A stretch of 64,000 nt of DNA from Felis catus (GCF_018350175.1 NC_058368.1:20834001-20898000), one strand, 5' to 3'. Positions 37,520-50,910 are shown, counted from the first letter of the stretch. Notes: generated by a model from the letters alone, not told the origin. Program-made: numbers and translations.

Positions 37520-37942
37520 TCTTGATTTCGGAGACCATCAGTGCTACTCAGTATTTCTAGCTCTCTGAGACAATGGGAGAACTGCACTCCTTGCTTTTCT
37601 TTGTAGTTAGACCCTCTGACCTGCTTTGGCCCATGTAATATGAGCAGAAGTGCTGTGCAGCACTTCTGGACAGGAGCTTCAAGGAAAACGTGCGGTTTTC
37701 CATGTTGTTTCATGTTGTCTGCATTACCAACTGTGGAAGCACGAGGATGGGGCTTCCAGCAGCCTGGATTACTCAGTAGCTGCAATGAGTCTACACTATG
37801 ACTGTCCCTACAATGAGCAGAGCTGCCCTGCTGACTCCTGGAGAACATTCAGTGTGAGTGAGAAATAAACTTGATTGTGTTGAGCCACCAAGACGGGGCT
37901 TATTGGTTACCAATGTGTTACCTACCTTATCCTGGCTGATAC
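37520..37942 (+). mobile_element. MaLR solo LTR (MLT1I/J-type)
   Basis: TGAGCAGAAGTG...CACTTCTGG, GTGTGAGTGAGAAATAAACTT...GAGCCAC, and terminus ATCCTGGCTGATACA. Confidence 0.85.
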
Positions 37943-37944
37943 AC

Positions 37945-38130
37945 TCAGTCAGGCAAGCTGTCTATCAATTCCCTTTATGCTTCAGTTTCTTCATCATCAA
38001 GATCAGGAAGACAATAGTAACAAGCTTATAGGTTTGTTGTTTAAGCTAATTAAATAAGCTAATGCATGCAAAGCATTTAGAACAATGCGCGGAACACAGT
38101 ATGCACTCTGGAAAGGTTAGCTTTATTTCT
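37945..38130 (+). mobile_element. MIR 3' part
   Basis: GCTTCAGTTTCTTCATC...AATGCATGCAAAGCATTTAGAACAATGC. Confidence 0.8.
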
Positions 38131-38789
38131 ATTACAAAAGCCCTTTTGCTTTTACAAAGATATAATTAATTAGAATGCTTTTTAAAGCAAGAATAATGTG
38201 TGGAAACTCAAGTTAACTGGCACTCTATTTCCAATTTGTCCCAGAAATATTCTAGACCACAGTGTGATGAAACAGTCCTGATAGCCCACTTGCATCAATG
38301 TCCTAATATAAGGAACTCAAGCATTGTGTCCTAAAGGGTTGAAAAACACACATAAAAACACGATGCAGCTTCCTAAAGAGCCAATTTTTAGGATGGTCAA
38401 TTATTTTAAAAATAATTTCTATAAGTATACAATACTTATGTTATTATGGAGCAGAACACTATATTCAGTTTAGATTAAAACATGAGTATTTAATGCTATC
38501 TAATACATATAATAGGCTCTAACCACTTAACATTCATTCACACTCTTCCCCATTAGTGATCTGTCTTTTGACCCCTGTTCCTTCATCCTTCAAGGAATCT
38601 GGCATGTCAGGTGACAGAAAATAAACCTCTCTTGTGTAAAACAGTTGGGACCAATCAGGGCAACTGTGTCCACAAAGAGAAACAATCAACTGGATCTTTG
38701 CACCCATCGATGTTTCACATGTGTTCTCAGAATGATAAGAATTTTCTAGCATGCAATCCTCCTTTCAGATATGCTCAGACATTGGATAT

Positions 38790-40040
38790 CAAAGAAGTAA
38801 CTTGGTATTTCTAGATGTAAATATTTTACCCTTTCATATCTGGTAATATCAGGGAAAATTAAAAAAAAAAAAGTAATCCCTGAAACTACAAAATGAAGCC
38901 AGTGAGCCTAAATTTAAATGTGTATCCAGTTGGTGGCTAGACCACAAAGAAAAGAACTATTCCAAGTAACTTAAAAATTCAGTATTTGGGATATACCCTA
39001 CAGCCAAAAAGAATTGCAAAACCAAGTCTTAAATTGTGTTCAGTAATTATGGTGTTAGCCGTAGTTTTGGATTTGTTGTCCTAAAGCTGCTGTGGGCATA
39101 TGGTAGGATGGAGCAAACGGATAGGTATGTGATGTTCTAATTTTGTAAATCCCACGGTCATGCAGAACCTGGATTCTTAGCATAGAGAAAGGAGACCCAG
39201 ATGTAAGATCAAAGAGATTAAGACTCTGCAGAACTAAATTTGATTTGGAAATATTAGTAAGAACTCCTGATATATTTTATGTTAAAAAAAAGCCAAAGAA
39301 ACAACGAACAACCTAGTAACAATGAGCCCCCCTAGTTCTAAGAATGTGGTCTCCAGATACTACTTTTCAGTAAAAGAAGCCAAAAGTCTCTACAGAAATG
39401 ATGATTCTAGATCTGAAATGTACGAGATGAATCTGATGACTTGAGAGCTGACTCAAATAGACTCCTACATTTAAAAGGTGTGAAAATGTAGGCATCCAAA
39501 ATAATAAAGAATGCAAGTAGTTAAAAGTTACTAAATATATTTAATTTTACAACTCCATACTGTTTTTTTTTAATTCAGTAGTTATCTTCAGATATTTATT
39601 ATTTCTGAAAAGTGATAAATGAAGGAAGAGAATCAAGCACCTATTCTGTCTCTCCTACAATAAATATAGCTCTAAATAATGAAACAGTTGATAAGGGGAG
39701 GTTTCTATTTATGAAAATATTCTGGTTAACAAAAGAAAAAGTAATGACAGAGTTAAAATATCACCATTTTAAAACTACGAATGAATTAGTGGAGAAACAT
39801 GTTAATTGATGCTACAAGGACACGATCAGCCAAGTTCAAACCATGGAAAACTTTATGAGATAAACAACCCAATTTATTTGATAGACAAACTGAAAGGGAT
39901 ACATAAGAAGAGGTGGAAGTGGAACTTATATATTAAAAAAGACTTAAGAAACATCTCCACTAGTCACAACGTGTGGACCTTATTTGAATCCTGATTTAAG
40001 CAAATCAAACTTATGATGCCACTGGAAATTTGAAGACTAA
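38790..40040 (+). mobile_element. L1MC4-like 3' region
   Basis: AATGAAGCCAGTGAGCCT, GAAAAGAACTATTCCAAGTAAC and TGTGGACCTTATTTGAATCCTGATT motifs. Confidence 0.7.
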
Positions 40041-40269
40041 ATTCTCTAAATTCAACTAATCAGCAGAAATGGGTGCCAAAGATTATTCTGAGAATATAAA
40101 CCCATAAGGAATTTGCAGAAATCCTGGGAAGACATTAGACTTTCCATGATTCATGGGAGGGATGCTGTAGTTCCAAAGCTATGTCAAGGCCCTTCCACTC
40201 CATGGGCCCCAAAATTGGCATCAATCATCTTTCATCAACCTAAGTGACTACATAACCAACCTGACAAGG

Positions 40270-40400
40270 CAGGGGCTCTTCCAACCCTGCCATTACTCAC
40301 CATGTGACTTATGACCAGACGCACATTTATTTGGACTTTAGTTCTCACATTTGTAAAATGGGAATAGCTTCCGGTTCTGAAAATGACTATGATTCTATAC
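40270..40400 (+). mobile_element. MIR/MIR3 fragment
   Basis: CCTGCCATTACTCACCATGTGAC...AGTTCTCACATTTGTAAAATGGG. Confidence 0.6.
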
Positions 40401-41629
40401 TATCTCTGGTGTTGTGAGTTGGGGTCAGGTGACCAGCTGTGAGAAAGATAAAACTCAAAGATGGCTCCACAGATATGTGCTCTCTTGTCTTGGCATCCCC
40501 AGAAAGGCACACTGTGGCCAGAGCAGAGACAGACATTCAGCAGGGACAGTGATCCAAGGGGATATCCCACTTCCTGGTCTTCCTGTCTATGGGAGTGGAG
40601 TGTCTTTCCAGATCAGGACCCTCAGTGAGAGCGCAGTCCCGCTCCGGGGGAATAAATATTTTGAGCTCAGCTACCAACTTGCCTAACCTTAGACTCTAGC
40701 TGTTTAAGGGATTGCTAGGCAATGCCAAAGGCCTAGAACCTGGAGGTCTTGGGGGTCCTAAATTTGTGGGAAGTTGAGTTTGGAAACAACCTTTCCCTCT
40801 GGAACAAGAGATGTCTCTGGTCCTAAAGGAATTTAGGACCTGGAAGAGGTAGAAATATCAATCTCCACTCCCTTGTTGCTGGGCAATCCAGAGAGGCATT
40901 CCAGGTCCATTCACATGCCCATTCTGCTCGTCTCCACAATTAGGTATGTACTTAGGTGATTTACTTAAAGTTTGCCATTTATTCATAACACAAAGTTTTT
41001 TGAGTTTCAAGCATGGGTGAGGAACTAGAGATATAGTAGTCAGTAAGACAGATGGTTCATGGAGTTTTCTTCCTAGACACTAGGTGGGTCTACAATTTTC
41101 TGTTCATTTCCCTATGTTTTCTCGAATGCCTTGTTCTAATGGTAAAAAAGAGTATGGATTCTTCCTCTCATTTTCTCTCATCTCTATATATCTATAATAT
41201 TTCTTTGTCTGTAAAGTGAATAGATTGAAACTGCCAGATTCTAAGGAACTTTCCAGGTCAACCTTTTATTTTCTGAGCTGAAAATCTTCTGTATCAACAT
41301 TAGCTGATTGTACTATATTATTGTTAAATATTGGCCTATTCTACAGTGCGGATTCTGAACGAAATGACACCCAGAGAAGAGTCTTTTGGGTGAAAAACTA
41401 AATTCAGAAGGACAGCTCTAGGGAGACTACAAAAGGGAACTGGAATTTCTTTGTCCTGATTTTAGAAGTTTCCAGATGTTTCTGGGGGAGCTCCTGAATA
41501 GTCAGTATTAGCCTGATGCTCTCTACTTACAGACATGCCAAAAACTAGGAAGTGTAATCACAGATGACGTACTGCAAAAATATAGCAGTTTGGGTTAGGA
41601 TACAGGTGTTTCAAGGCAATGTGATTTTT

Positions 41630-41848
41630 TTTTTAATTTTTTTTTCAACGTTTATTTATTTTTGGGACAGAGAGAGACAGAGCATGAACGGGCAAGGGAC
41701 AGAGAGAGAGGGAGACACAGAATCGGAAACAGGCTCCAGGCTCTGAACCATCAGCCCAGAGCCCGACGTGGGGCTCGAACTCACGGACCACGAGATCATG
41801 ACCTGGCTGAAGTCGGACGCTTAACCGACTGTGCCACCCAGGCGCCCC
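41630..41848 (-). mobile_element. Young felid SINEC_Fc
   Basis: Near-consensus body. Perfect TSD AAGGCAATGTGATTTTT at 41613-41629 and 41849-41865. Confidence 0.97.
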
Positions 41849-42371
41849 AAGGCAATGTGATTTTTAAAAGATGATGAGGCCATAAGCTCTGGGAACAGTT
41901 GGTATGATTGGATCAGAAGGTACTTCTGAGAAATTGGAGCCTATCTTACATCTCTGTCTATTTTCTCATGGTTTTCCTTAGCAACCAATTACTTCCTGAG
42001 AGGCTCACAACCTATTGTACTAAAGGGAACCATTGAAATTGCTTCTAGTAATATTAACTGGGATATATAATTTTATAATTTGGAATAGAAACAATGCTCT
42101 CCAAAGTGCAATGCCCACCTCTACATTCCTGTTAGTGAGTCAATTTATTCTAAACCCAGAAGACTCTCTTTCTCTCTTGAATGTACACAGATCTCTGATG
42201 TGACAACTTTGCTCTATCCAGACAGGTTTTGCAAACTTCAGTCTTAGAGAAGCTCTAATAATAATTGTAATAATAATTAAAATGATGGAATTAACCAAAA
42301 TTCAGAGTTAAAATGGTGTAAAGAGATATAGGGTCCCAAAGTCTTAATACACTTTTCAGTTATTAAAGCAC

Positions 42372-42580
42372 TTTTTTTTAAGTTTGTTTATTTTGAGAGA
42401 GAGGGAGAGAGCATGTGCAAGTGGGGGAGGGGCATAGAGAGGTAGAGAGAGAATCCCAAGCAGGCTCCATGCTGTCAGCACAGAGCCCGACACGGGGCTT
42501 AATCCCACAAATCATGAGATCATGACCTGAACCAAAATTAAGAGTTGGATGCTTAACTGACTGAGACATTCAGGTTCCCC
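42372..42580 (-). mobile_element. Felid SINEC
   Basis: GAATCCCAAGCAGGCTCCATGCTGTCAGCACAGAGCCCG...ATGCTTAACTGACTGAG. Confidence 0.93.
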
Positions 42581-43915
42581 AAGAACATCTTATTTTAAAA
42601 GTTTCTTTTCCTGCAATAAAGTTTTAAAATGTTAATTTAGTTATACATGTACAGATTCTACTATAACTGCATTGGAATGTTCTAAAAGGACAGTTCCAGA
42701 TACCAGTGGATGTGAGGGATGTGGGATCAAAGGAGACAACATTTACAAAGGGAGATTTTTTTGCTTTTATTCTCTATGAGGTTGCACTTGCCCCACCAGC
42801 CAGCTGGAGGCAAATTCTGCCATTTAAAAAAATCTCTTGTTGGGGCACCTGGGTGGCTCAGTCAGATGAGTGTCTGACTGTTAATTTAGGTTGGGGTCAT
42901 GATCTCACAGTCGTGGGATCAAGCCCCGTGTGGGGCTCTGCACTGACAGTGTGGAGCCTGCTTAAGATTCTTTTTCTCTCACTCTCTCTCTCTCTCCTCT
43001 CTCTTTCTCTCAAAATAAATAAATATTTAAAAATCAATCAATTCATCTCTTGTTGCCCTGCATATTTCCAGTCCTGCTTTTCCTAGAATTTTAATCAGAA
43101 TTTTATTCACATTAATTAATTTTCCAAAGTGAATTCTATTACCCACGCTTTAATTTATGAAAATTTTTCTTTACAATGCAGTGATACTTTTATATCGTGC
43201 ATTCGCGTTAGAAAAGTTACTTGAATCAGGATTAATTATTTTCCATTTGCCTTTTCACCTTCTCAAGGGTTTGTTCATTGGTTGCTTTTGATTTATCATC
43301 TTTCATAGAGTTTTGACAATGTGCAATGTGTTCTGTATCTTTTATTTTTATGAAATCCAATTTTCCTGTGTCCAATTTCGCAGATCCAAAATTTGCCAGG
43401 ATTTTAGTTTTCCTGTCCGCGCTTGGCAATAGTAAGTCTCACGATGTGCAGCTTTAGCCTTTGTCGATTTTATTCTCCGTTGGTTCTTTCCATCAGTAGT
43501 GTTTGTTATGAATTGAATAACCACTGACGACTTGCATTGGATTTTCAGCTAATCCATGAGAGAAGTGCAAGCAATTCCTCCCCACTTGTGTTTCAGAATT
43601 GTTCTACCGCTTGAATGATTCTGTTGTACAGCTCATCCTATCCGTCTCTGTGAATGCCGTTGCGGGACATACAGCAGGGAGCAGAGTGAAAAGACACGTG
43701 AAATGCCTTGAGCTGCTACAAGAAACATGAAACAACACTGACCTGAATACATGCGTAGGAAGAAGAACTAATGTGGCGTCTCTACCTGCCAGCTGGTTGG
43801 GGCACGAGGCCACAGTGAGTTCAGAACGATGCCATCTACGTCTACTGCCATCTCCAGTGGAGGCGTTAATGTGGCAGGGAGGCTTAGGGTGGCATCTGGG
43901 ACCAACTTCCACGTG
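42581..43915 (-). mobile_element. Probable hAT-superfamily DNA-transposon internal remnant (family uncertain)
   Basis: The minus-strand frames near 43230-43500 give a K-rich peptide (KNQRRIKSTKAKAAHRE / PSADRKTKILANFG...) reminiscent of hAT transposase N-termini. The region abuts a hAT MITE. Confidence 0.35.
42842..43044 (+). mobile_element. Carnivore SINEC
   Basis: GGGGCACCTGGGTGGCTCAGTC head. TSD ATCTCTTGTT at 42832-42841 and 43045-43054. Confidence 0.94.
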
Positions 43916-43919
43916 AGGC

Positions 43920-44213
43920 ATAGCAGGTCATCGCTAGGACCACGAGACGTTAGGGGCCCACAGAAATGTTGCAAGTTCTTTTCAATTCAGGAGGCAAAAA
44001 TATCCACTTTTAGGATGAAAAATGTTTTATATATAATATTAATGTAAAATTTATATATAATATGCATCTTTACACAAATGCAGTTATAAGATATAATTTA
44101 AAAAATAAAATTTGAAAATATAACTTTTAATCTGTTTTTTTTTTTAATTTTGAGGGGAAGAGGTCGACAGAGGTAAAAGTGCTTAGGGCCCACAAAAATC
44201 AAGATGCCAGCCT
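43920..44213 (-). mobile_element. MER96B-like hAT MITE
   Basis: TTAGGGGCCCACAGAAATGTT...AAAATGTTTTATATATAATATTAAT...AAAAGTGCTTAGGGCCCACAAAAATCA matches the recalled MER96B reverse complement. Confidence 0.7.
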
Positions 44214-45607
44214 CTTGGCATGGGGGCATCCGATTGGTGTCGCAGCACTTACCATGCACCTAAAGAGAGCTCTCGGGGACAAGCATTTCATAACATGATA
44301 AAAATAAGGCTTGCTTATTGAAAAATACTCAACAGCCACATGACCAGTACTTTCTCATTTTTCTTCAGGGAAAAAAGCTCGAATACCAGAGTGATTCAAA
44401 GCCAGATCCCTGGCTATCTTGGCCCCTGGTCCGCCCCAGCACATCCGACCTCTATCCCATGTGGCTGGGCTTGGCTTTGAACAGACAAAGCCCTGGCCGA
44501 CCCACCTCTGACCAGAGGGGTCATGTTCAGAGAAACCATATTTTACACGGTTCTGCCACCGGGTGCTCAGGACTCCTTGGTTTCATTTTGTACCTCAGCA
44601 CCTAACACAGGGGCTCTCAGTCAGTATTGAGGGGATTGCCTTCCCTATGCTGGTAAGAGTGGAAGCTAACAGGGAATACTAGGCTATCAATAGCTGTATA
44701 TATTATTTCAGGAAAAAAAATTGTTCCGATATAATTTCTGGGAGAACTGAAAATAAAATGATCTCTCCAGAAGAGATGTGAAGTACTTTCCTCCCCTTGT
44801 TTTCCGCTGTTGGTTCACCACCTCCTCTTGCCTCCTGTTTGCTCTCTGGCACTTCTTCTCCCCTTCCATGAAGTCAGGCATCTGGAAAGAATTTTAGGGG
44901 CATCAGAGCCAGTGGGAATACGCTCTTTGCCTTCTGGGTTAGGTCCCTCCCATTCCTTATAATTTCTCCCCTAAACCAAAGGTTCAGAGTTTGACAATCT
45001 CTGCTCCTATCTTCCAGAAACAACAGACCCATTCTTCTACCTCCCTTTCTTTCTTCTCTTCTCTTAAAGAGCACCAGCTCTGAGTTCCCACCAATCTCCG
45101 TCCTGTTTGGACCCTCTGAGGTGGCCAAAAGCAGTCCCCGTCCAGTTAACTTTGCCAACATGCTCACATTCTTTCCATTTCAGTGTCATTAAAGGCATTC
45201 TAACTGCCTAAGACTCCACTGTTCTTCCAAATAGTTCTATACCATAGATGTGACCTCAGAGTTATTTACCGTTTGCTCTTTGATTACATCATGGCTTGGC
45301 AATTTGACCTTTTCTCCCACTAGTTGGAAGCAGGAGTTTTGTTTTGTTCAATAAATAAATATGTCGCTTCCCTTATAGGCAGGCAATAGGGACACAGGGT
45401 GAGAGGAGGTTATGCTATGATTAATGAACTGTTTGCTTTTCAGTCAAGATAAACTGGCTAATCTGGATGTACTATGAATCTGCACCCTGATGTGGAGCAA
45501 CCCATAGAAGCACTTGGGAGTTCATATGACTGCCCTTCTCACCAGATGCTGCTGCTGATATTCTTGGGAGCGAAGCATGACTTGAAAAGTAAGACAAGGC
45601 ATATTTT

Positions 45608-46299
45608 AAAACGAGCACTGGTGAGGATGTGGAGGAATTGAAACCCTTGCACACTGTTGGTAGTAACACAAAATGGTGCAACCTCTCTATAAAACAGTAC
45701 TAAGCTTCCTCAAAAAACTAAAAATGGGACTACCATTTGATCTGGGTATTCCACTTACGGCATTTATGCAAAAGAACTGAAATCGGTACCTCAAAGAGAT
45801 ATTAGCACTCCTGTGTTCACTGCAGCAATATTCACAATAGCCAAGATGTGGAAAAAGGGTAAATGTCAATTGACAGATGAATGGATAAAGAAAATGTGCT
45901 ATATACACACAATGGAATATTATTCAGCCTTAGAAAAGAAGGAAATCCTTCACGTGTGACAACATGGATGCACCATGCGGACATTACGCTAAATGAAATA
46001 AGCCAATCACAGAAAGATAAATAGTGCGATCCACTTATATGAGGTACCTAAATTGTCAAACTCACGGAATCGACGAATGGAGTAGTGATTGTCAAGGGAC
46101 TGGGGAGAAGGAAAATGAGGAATTACTAGTCAAGGGGCACAAAGTTTCAGTTAATCAAAGTGATTAAGCTCCAGGGATCTGCTCTAAAAAATTACGTATA
46201 GTCAACAATAACGTATCATACACTTAAAAATACGTTAAGAGGGTAGATTTCATGTTAAGTGTTCTTACCATAATAAAATAAAGCTCAAAAAAAAAAAAA
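45608..46299 (+). mobile_element. L1 3' end (L1MA10/L1MB1-like), 5'-truncated
   Basis: 3'UTR TTAAGAGGGTAGATTTCATGTTAAGTGTTCTTACCA plus poly(A). 18-bp TSD with 2 mismatches at 45590-45607 and 46300-46317. Confidence 0.92.
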
Positions 46300-46564
46300 T
46301 AAGACGAGGTATATTTTGAATAGAGCACCACCCGCCATTTTAGTATACTTAACATTTTAGTATATTAAGAAAGGCAAATAAGTACAAGTGGTAAATTGCA
46401 TGAACACCGCCTCACGCCATTGAGCTACATTCAGAAGGTGGTGCACCTCTTAACGAGTTCTTTTCCTACCAGGTGATCTCATAGGAGAGACCCCCCTTTC
46501 GTTCCTTAACAGTGTATCTTAAAGATGTTATGTGTTACTACACAACGAGCTTCTTCACACTATT

Positions 46565-47205
46565 TAAAAAATAGACTTTGTATTTTAGAGCAGTTTTAGA
46601 TTCACAGCAAAATTCAGCGGGAACCATAGAGATTTCCCATATACCCCTTGTCCCCACACATGCACAGCCTCCTGCACTATCAACATCCCCCACCAGAGTG
46701 GTGCATTTGTTACAACTGAAATACCTACATGACGGGCACACCATCATCACCAAAATCCACAGTTTAAGTTAGGGTTCGTTCTTGGCGGTGTACATTCTGT
46801 GGCTTTGGACAAATATGTAATGACATGCAACCACCATTATCGTATTGCACAGAATGGTTTCACTGCCCTAAAAATTCTCTATATTCTGCCTTCTCACCCT
46901 TTTCTCATCCCTAATTCCGGCCAACCATTGGTCTTTTTACTGTCTCTATAGTTTTGCTTTTTCCGTTAACATCATATAGTTGGAATCATACAGTATAATC
47001 TTTCTCAGATTGACTTCTTTCACTTAGTAATATGCATTTAAGGTTCTCACATGTCTTGAATTTTTTTTTATGCTGAATAATATTCCATTGTGTGGATGTT
47101 ACCACAGTTAGGCATTCACCTACTGAAGGATATCTTAGTTCTTCAGTGTTAGCAGTTATAAATAAAGCTGCTATAAATATCCATGTACAGGTTTTTGTGT
47201 GGACC
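46565..47205 (-). mobile_element. L1MC1/2-like 3' end
   Basis: AATAGACTTTGTATTTTAGAGCAGTTTTAGATTCACAGCAAAATT...CCCCACCAGAGTGGTGCATTTGTTACAA. Confidence 0.88.
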
Positions 47206-47239
47206 ACCTCATACATTTTTACAACTAGGTAATTTTACA

Positions 47240-47725
47240 TTATGAGCACATGCCATTTTTTTTTGTACCATTCCTCTAGTGATGAACATTTAAATTACTC
47301 CAGTCTTATCTCGCGGTCTGTGGGTTCGAGCCCCGCATCGGGCTCCGGGCTGATGGCTCAGAGCCTGGAGCCTGTTTCCGATTCTGTGTCTCCCTCTCTC
47401 TCTGCCCCTCCCCCATTCATGCTCTGTCTCTCTCTGTCCCAAAAATAAATAAAAAACGTTGAAAAAAAATTAAAAAAAATAAAATAAAATAAATTACTCC
47501 AGTCTTTTGCTGCTATGAACAGTGTTGCAGTGAGTAATCTTCTACAAACATCACATCACATGCATGCAAGTGTATTCTTAAGATAAATTCCTTCAAGTGG
47601 AATTTCTGGGTCAAAAGATCTAAGTATGTTGTAATTTTGATGTATATTGCCAAATTGACCTCCACAGAGGTTATAAAAATGTACCTTCCTACTGGCAATG
47701 TGTGGGAGTGCCTATTCTCCTGTGG
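47240..47725 (-). mobile_element. L1ME-type fragment, split by a SINE
   Basis: GATGAACATTTA...TTTTGCTGCTATGAACAGTG...TATTGCCAAATTG. Confidence 0.7.
47308..47490 (+). mobile_element. Young SINEC_Fc, 5'-truncated
   Basis: Starts mid-element at ATCTCGCGG. Perfect 16-bp TSD AAATTACTCCAGTCTT at 47292-47307 and 47491-47506. Confidence 0.96.
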
Positions 47726-48503
47726 CTTCTGATGTTCTTTCCCAAGTGAAACCTTTCTTCCTCCTTTCCTTCCCATGGCCTTTGCAGAAATTGGAGTCCT
47801 TCTGCCCATTGACCCTATGCAGTACCAGCCATATTTATTTCTTTTCTGTGCGTTGCTCATCTTAATCATGGATTCAAAGACTTTGGAAGGCAGAAGAAGT
47901 GTCCCTGTCAAAATATCTTCTGTTGATAGTCTTATAATGAATATAGCTACTAATGCAGAGATATTTCAAGAAGACTATAAAGTTTAAAAGACAGAATCAT
48001 TTTCATGTATTTACTAAGAAGCTCCCGGTGAATGCAGAGCCATCCAACCACAGTATGACATAAGTTCTAACATTTTCTGTGATAGATGCCTCCTGTGGGA
48101 AATCCATAATGTAGAAACTTGGATGGTCTCTAAGTATACTTCCTACATTGTCTTTGGAGTAGAGCTGTTGTCTGAACAAAAATGCCTGAAAACTTAGTGA
48201 CACTTGGTGAATGGTCAGTAAGTGTAAGCAGGCCTAAGACTCAAAGAATGTAAGTATAAGTATAGCCCTCTTTCCAACATTCCAATCTCATTATCCATTC
48301 AAGTGAATAACGTCATATATATAATGAATATAATAATGTGGTGTTAGATCTGCTTTTATATCTGTTGCAAATTCTTTTTGAATTCTTATATAGTCACACT
48401 AGAACTCTCCATGCAGACAGAAAGTCTCCAAGCAACCAACTATGGAATTGAGGTTTTAGGTCCAGCCATTTCTTTGCCCAGGACTGTGTCAGATGTATCT
48501 TTG

Positions 48504-49048
48504 TGTGATAGACAGTTTCCATGATGGCCCCAAATGACCCCTGTCTCCTGGCATTCATACCTTTGTGCAATTCCCTTTGAGGAGAGCTGGATTTTATGAT
48601 TCAATTCTAAGAAAAAGAATATGACACTTCAATGACCACATTTCTCTCTCTTGGGTCACTCTATTTCTTATTCTCTCTTGGATCATTTATTCTGGGGAAA
48701 GCCAGCTACCATGTTGAATGCCCCATTGACAGGCTCATGTGCTGAGGAAATGATAGATACCTGTGGCCAACAGCTAATGTGGAACTGGGGCCCTCAGTCC
48801 ACTAGCCCACAAGGAACTTGAGGCAATGGACTTGAAGGCAGATCCTCCCATCTCAGGTGAGCTTTGATGTGACTTAGGCCCTGACCAGCAACTTCAAAAG
48901 CAACCTCCTGAGAGAAACTGAGCCAGAAACACCCAGGTGCACTCTCCCTGCATTCCTGGCTCTCAGAGACTATGAGTTAATAAATGCAGTTGCTTTAAAC
49001 TGCTAAATGTGGGGGTGATTTGTTACGCAGCCATAGATTACTAATGCA
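48504..49048 (+). mobile_element. MaLR solo LTR (MLT1E/F-type)
   Basis: TGTGATAGAC...GATGGCCCCAAATGACCCC...CTGGCATTCATACC start and TTTGTTACGCAGCCATAGATTACTAATGCA end. Confidence 0.88.
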
Positions 49049-49589
49049 TTTGTTATCAGAAACCGTACGACCTTCTGGAAAAAGCATTACGGACATGGTC
49101 AGGAGATCCAGATGGTTCCCTGCTTGTGATAATTTTTAACAAATCATGTCACTCCTTTTCTCCTCTCAATTCAAAAAGCAACAATAATTACCTGTTTCAG
49201 GAAATTAGGAAATCTTGGGAGGAGGGGAACAGGATCTTTCTTATCCTCTCTATCCTAAGAGAGTTCCTAACTTCGAGAAAAAAGAAATGCAAAACCTTTT
49301 GCCACTGAGTTTCCTAGTACTGTCACAAATAAACAGTGACTCTTTAATAAGTAATAATGATCACTAAATAATGATTGTTCAGCCTCTTGAGGATTCCTGA
49401 ATAGAGTGAAAATATTTTAGTGCCACTGGTTCAACCAAAAATCTACAGTAGCAACAGGTTAATGAGTCAATCAATAATAATCAGTAAGAAATTTTAAACA
49501 TATTAGGCTTCTACTTAGTATGTGCCAGGCACTGTGGTAGGAAGTTTATATACTTTATTTCATTAAATCCTCACATCCCATGAAGTAGG

Positions 49590-49910
49590 GGTTAGGGACT
49601 ATGCGTGTGTGTCCCCACTGCAAAATTCATATGTTGAAACCCTAACCCGCAATGGGATGGCATCAGGAGGTAGGGCCTTGGGAGATAATTAGATCCTGAG
49701 GATGGAACCCTCATGGTGGGATTAGTGCTCTTATAAACAGAAATAAAGAGAGCCTAAGAAGGCAGTCTGCAAACCAGCAAGAGGGCTCTCACCACTCTGG
49801 CACCCTGAGCTCTGACTTCCAGCCTCCAGAACCGTGAGAAATAGATTTCCGTTGTTCAAGTCACCCAGTCTATGGTATTCATGTTATAGCAGCCCAAGCT
49901 GACTAAGACA
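49590..49910 (+). mobile_element. MaLR solo LTR (MLT1A-type) inserted in a minus-strand MIR (about 49490-50030)
   Basis: AAAATTCATATGTTGAAACCCTAACCC...GACTTCCAGCCTCCAGAACCGTGAGAAATA...GACTAAGACA. Perfect TSD GTAGG at 49585-49589 and 49911-49915. Confidence 0.93.
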
Positions 49911-50784
49911 GTAGGTATCATGGTACTTATCAGACTCAGGAAAGATACATGCTAGATTACCCAAGTGATGCAGATTCAATGCAAATATATACAAAACATG
50001 AGGTAGTGTGGAAGTTAACCCCACCAACCACACGATCATCTCGGAACCCAAAATTCCCCACCATGCAGTACACAGTGCAAATTACAGTTGCCAACAAGTG
50101 GCTCAGCATTCTTTGCAATGGCCACCTTAGCGCAAAGGAACTATCTTTCTTCTCTTTGTTCATCTACCCATCTATTAACCATAAATGGGAGGATGTGGTT
50201 GAGGTAGTTTGTACCAACTCAGTATTGGTTGAATGTTTAACCTCCTTGGTCAAATATCTTGCGCAGCCACCTCAGAGATTGTCAGTTTTCCTCATGTGCA
50301 ATTCATAAGTAGTAGTCTGTGTCTGATAAATTGCTTTTCAGTCTAATTAGCGGTAACAAGAGCAAGAGGGTTTAGTCCCACTTAAAAAAGAAAATGGCAT
50401 AAGTCATAGCGGCTTTTGCTGGAAAAAAAAATCAGTTGAATCTACTTTCCTTCAAAAGTAGCTATGTAAGAGAAAGAACTCCAGGTTTCATGGACTTCGT
50501 GGCAGCCCATTCAGTACAATTACAATCCCCGTGTGGCAAGATGGTGTTTTAACGTTAACCCATGACCCTCCCCTATTTAGCCGGCTAGATATGGAGGATC
50601 TGTTGCCTGTAGGGAAGTCACAGCTCACTGTGGAGAACAAAAATAACGTGTTAATTCTTTGCTTTTGAGCTTTAAAACGTGAGGTCCAGATGTGAGACAA
50701 GAGTTGGAAGATTGCGTGAGCACAGTGAATTTTCTGCCCATTGGACACTAGATAAAAAGTCCTTGGGTTAAAAGAGGAACCAAA

Positions 50785-50846
50785 TGTGTGTGTGTGTGTG
50801 TATGTGTGTGTGTGTGTGTGTGTGTATGTATAAGTATGTGTGTGTG

Positions 50847-50878
<32 letters not shown>

Positions 50879-50910
50879 TATATATACATATATGTGTGTA
50901 TATATATATA

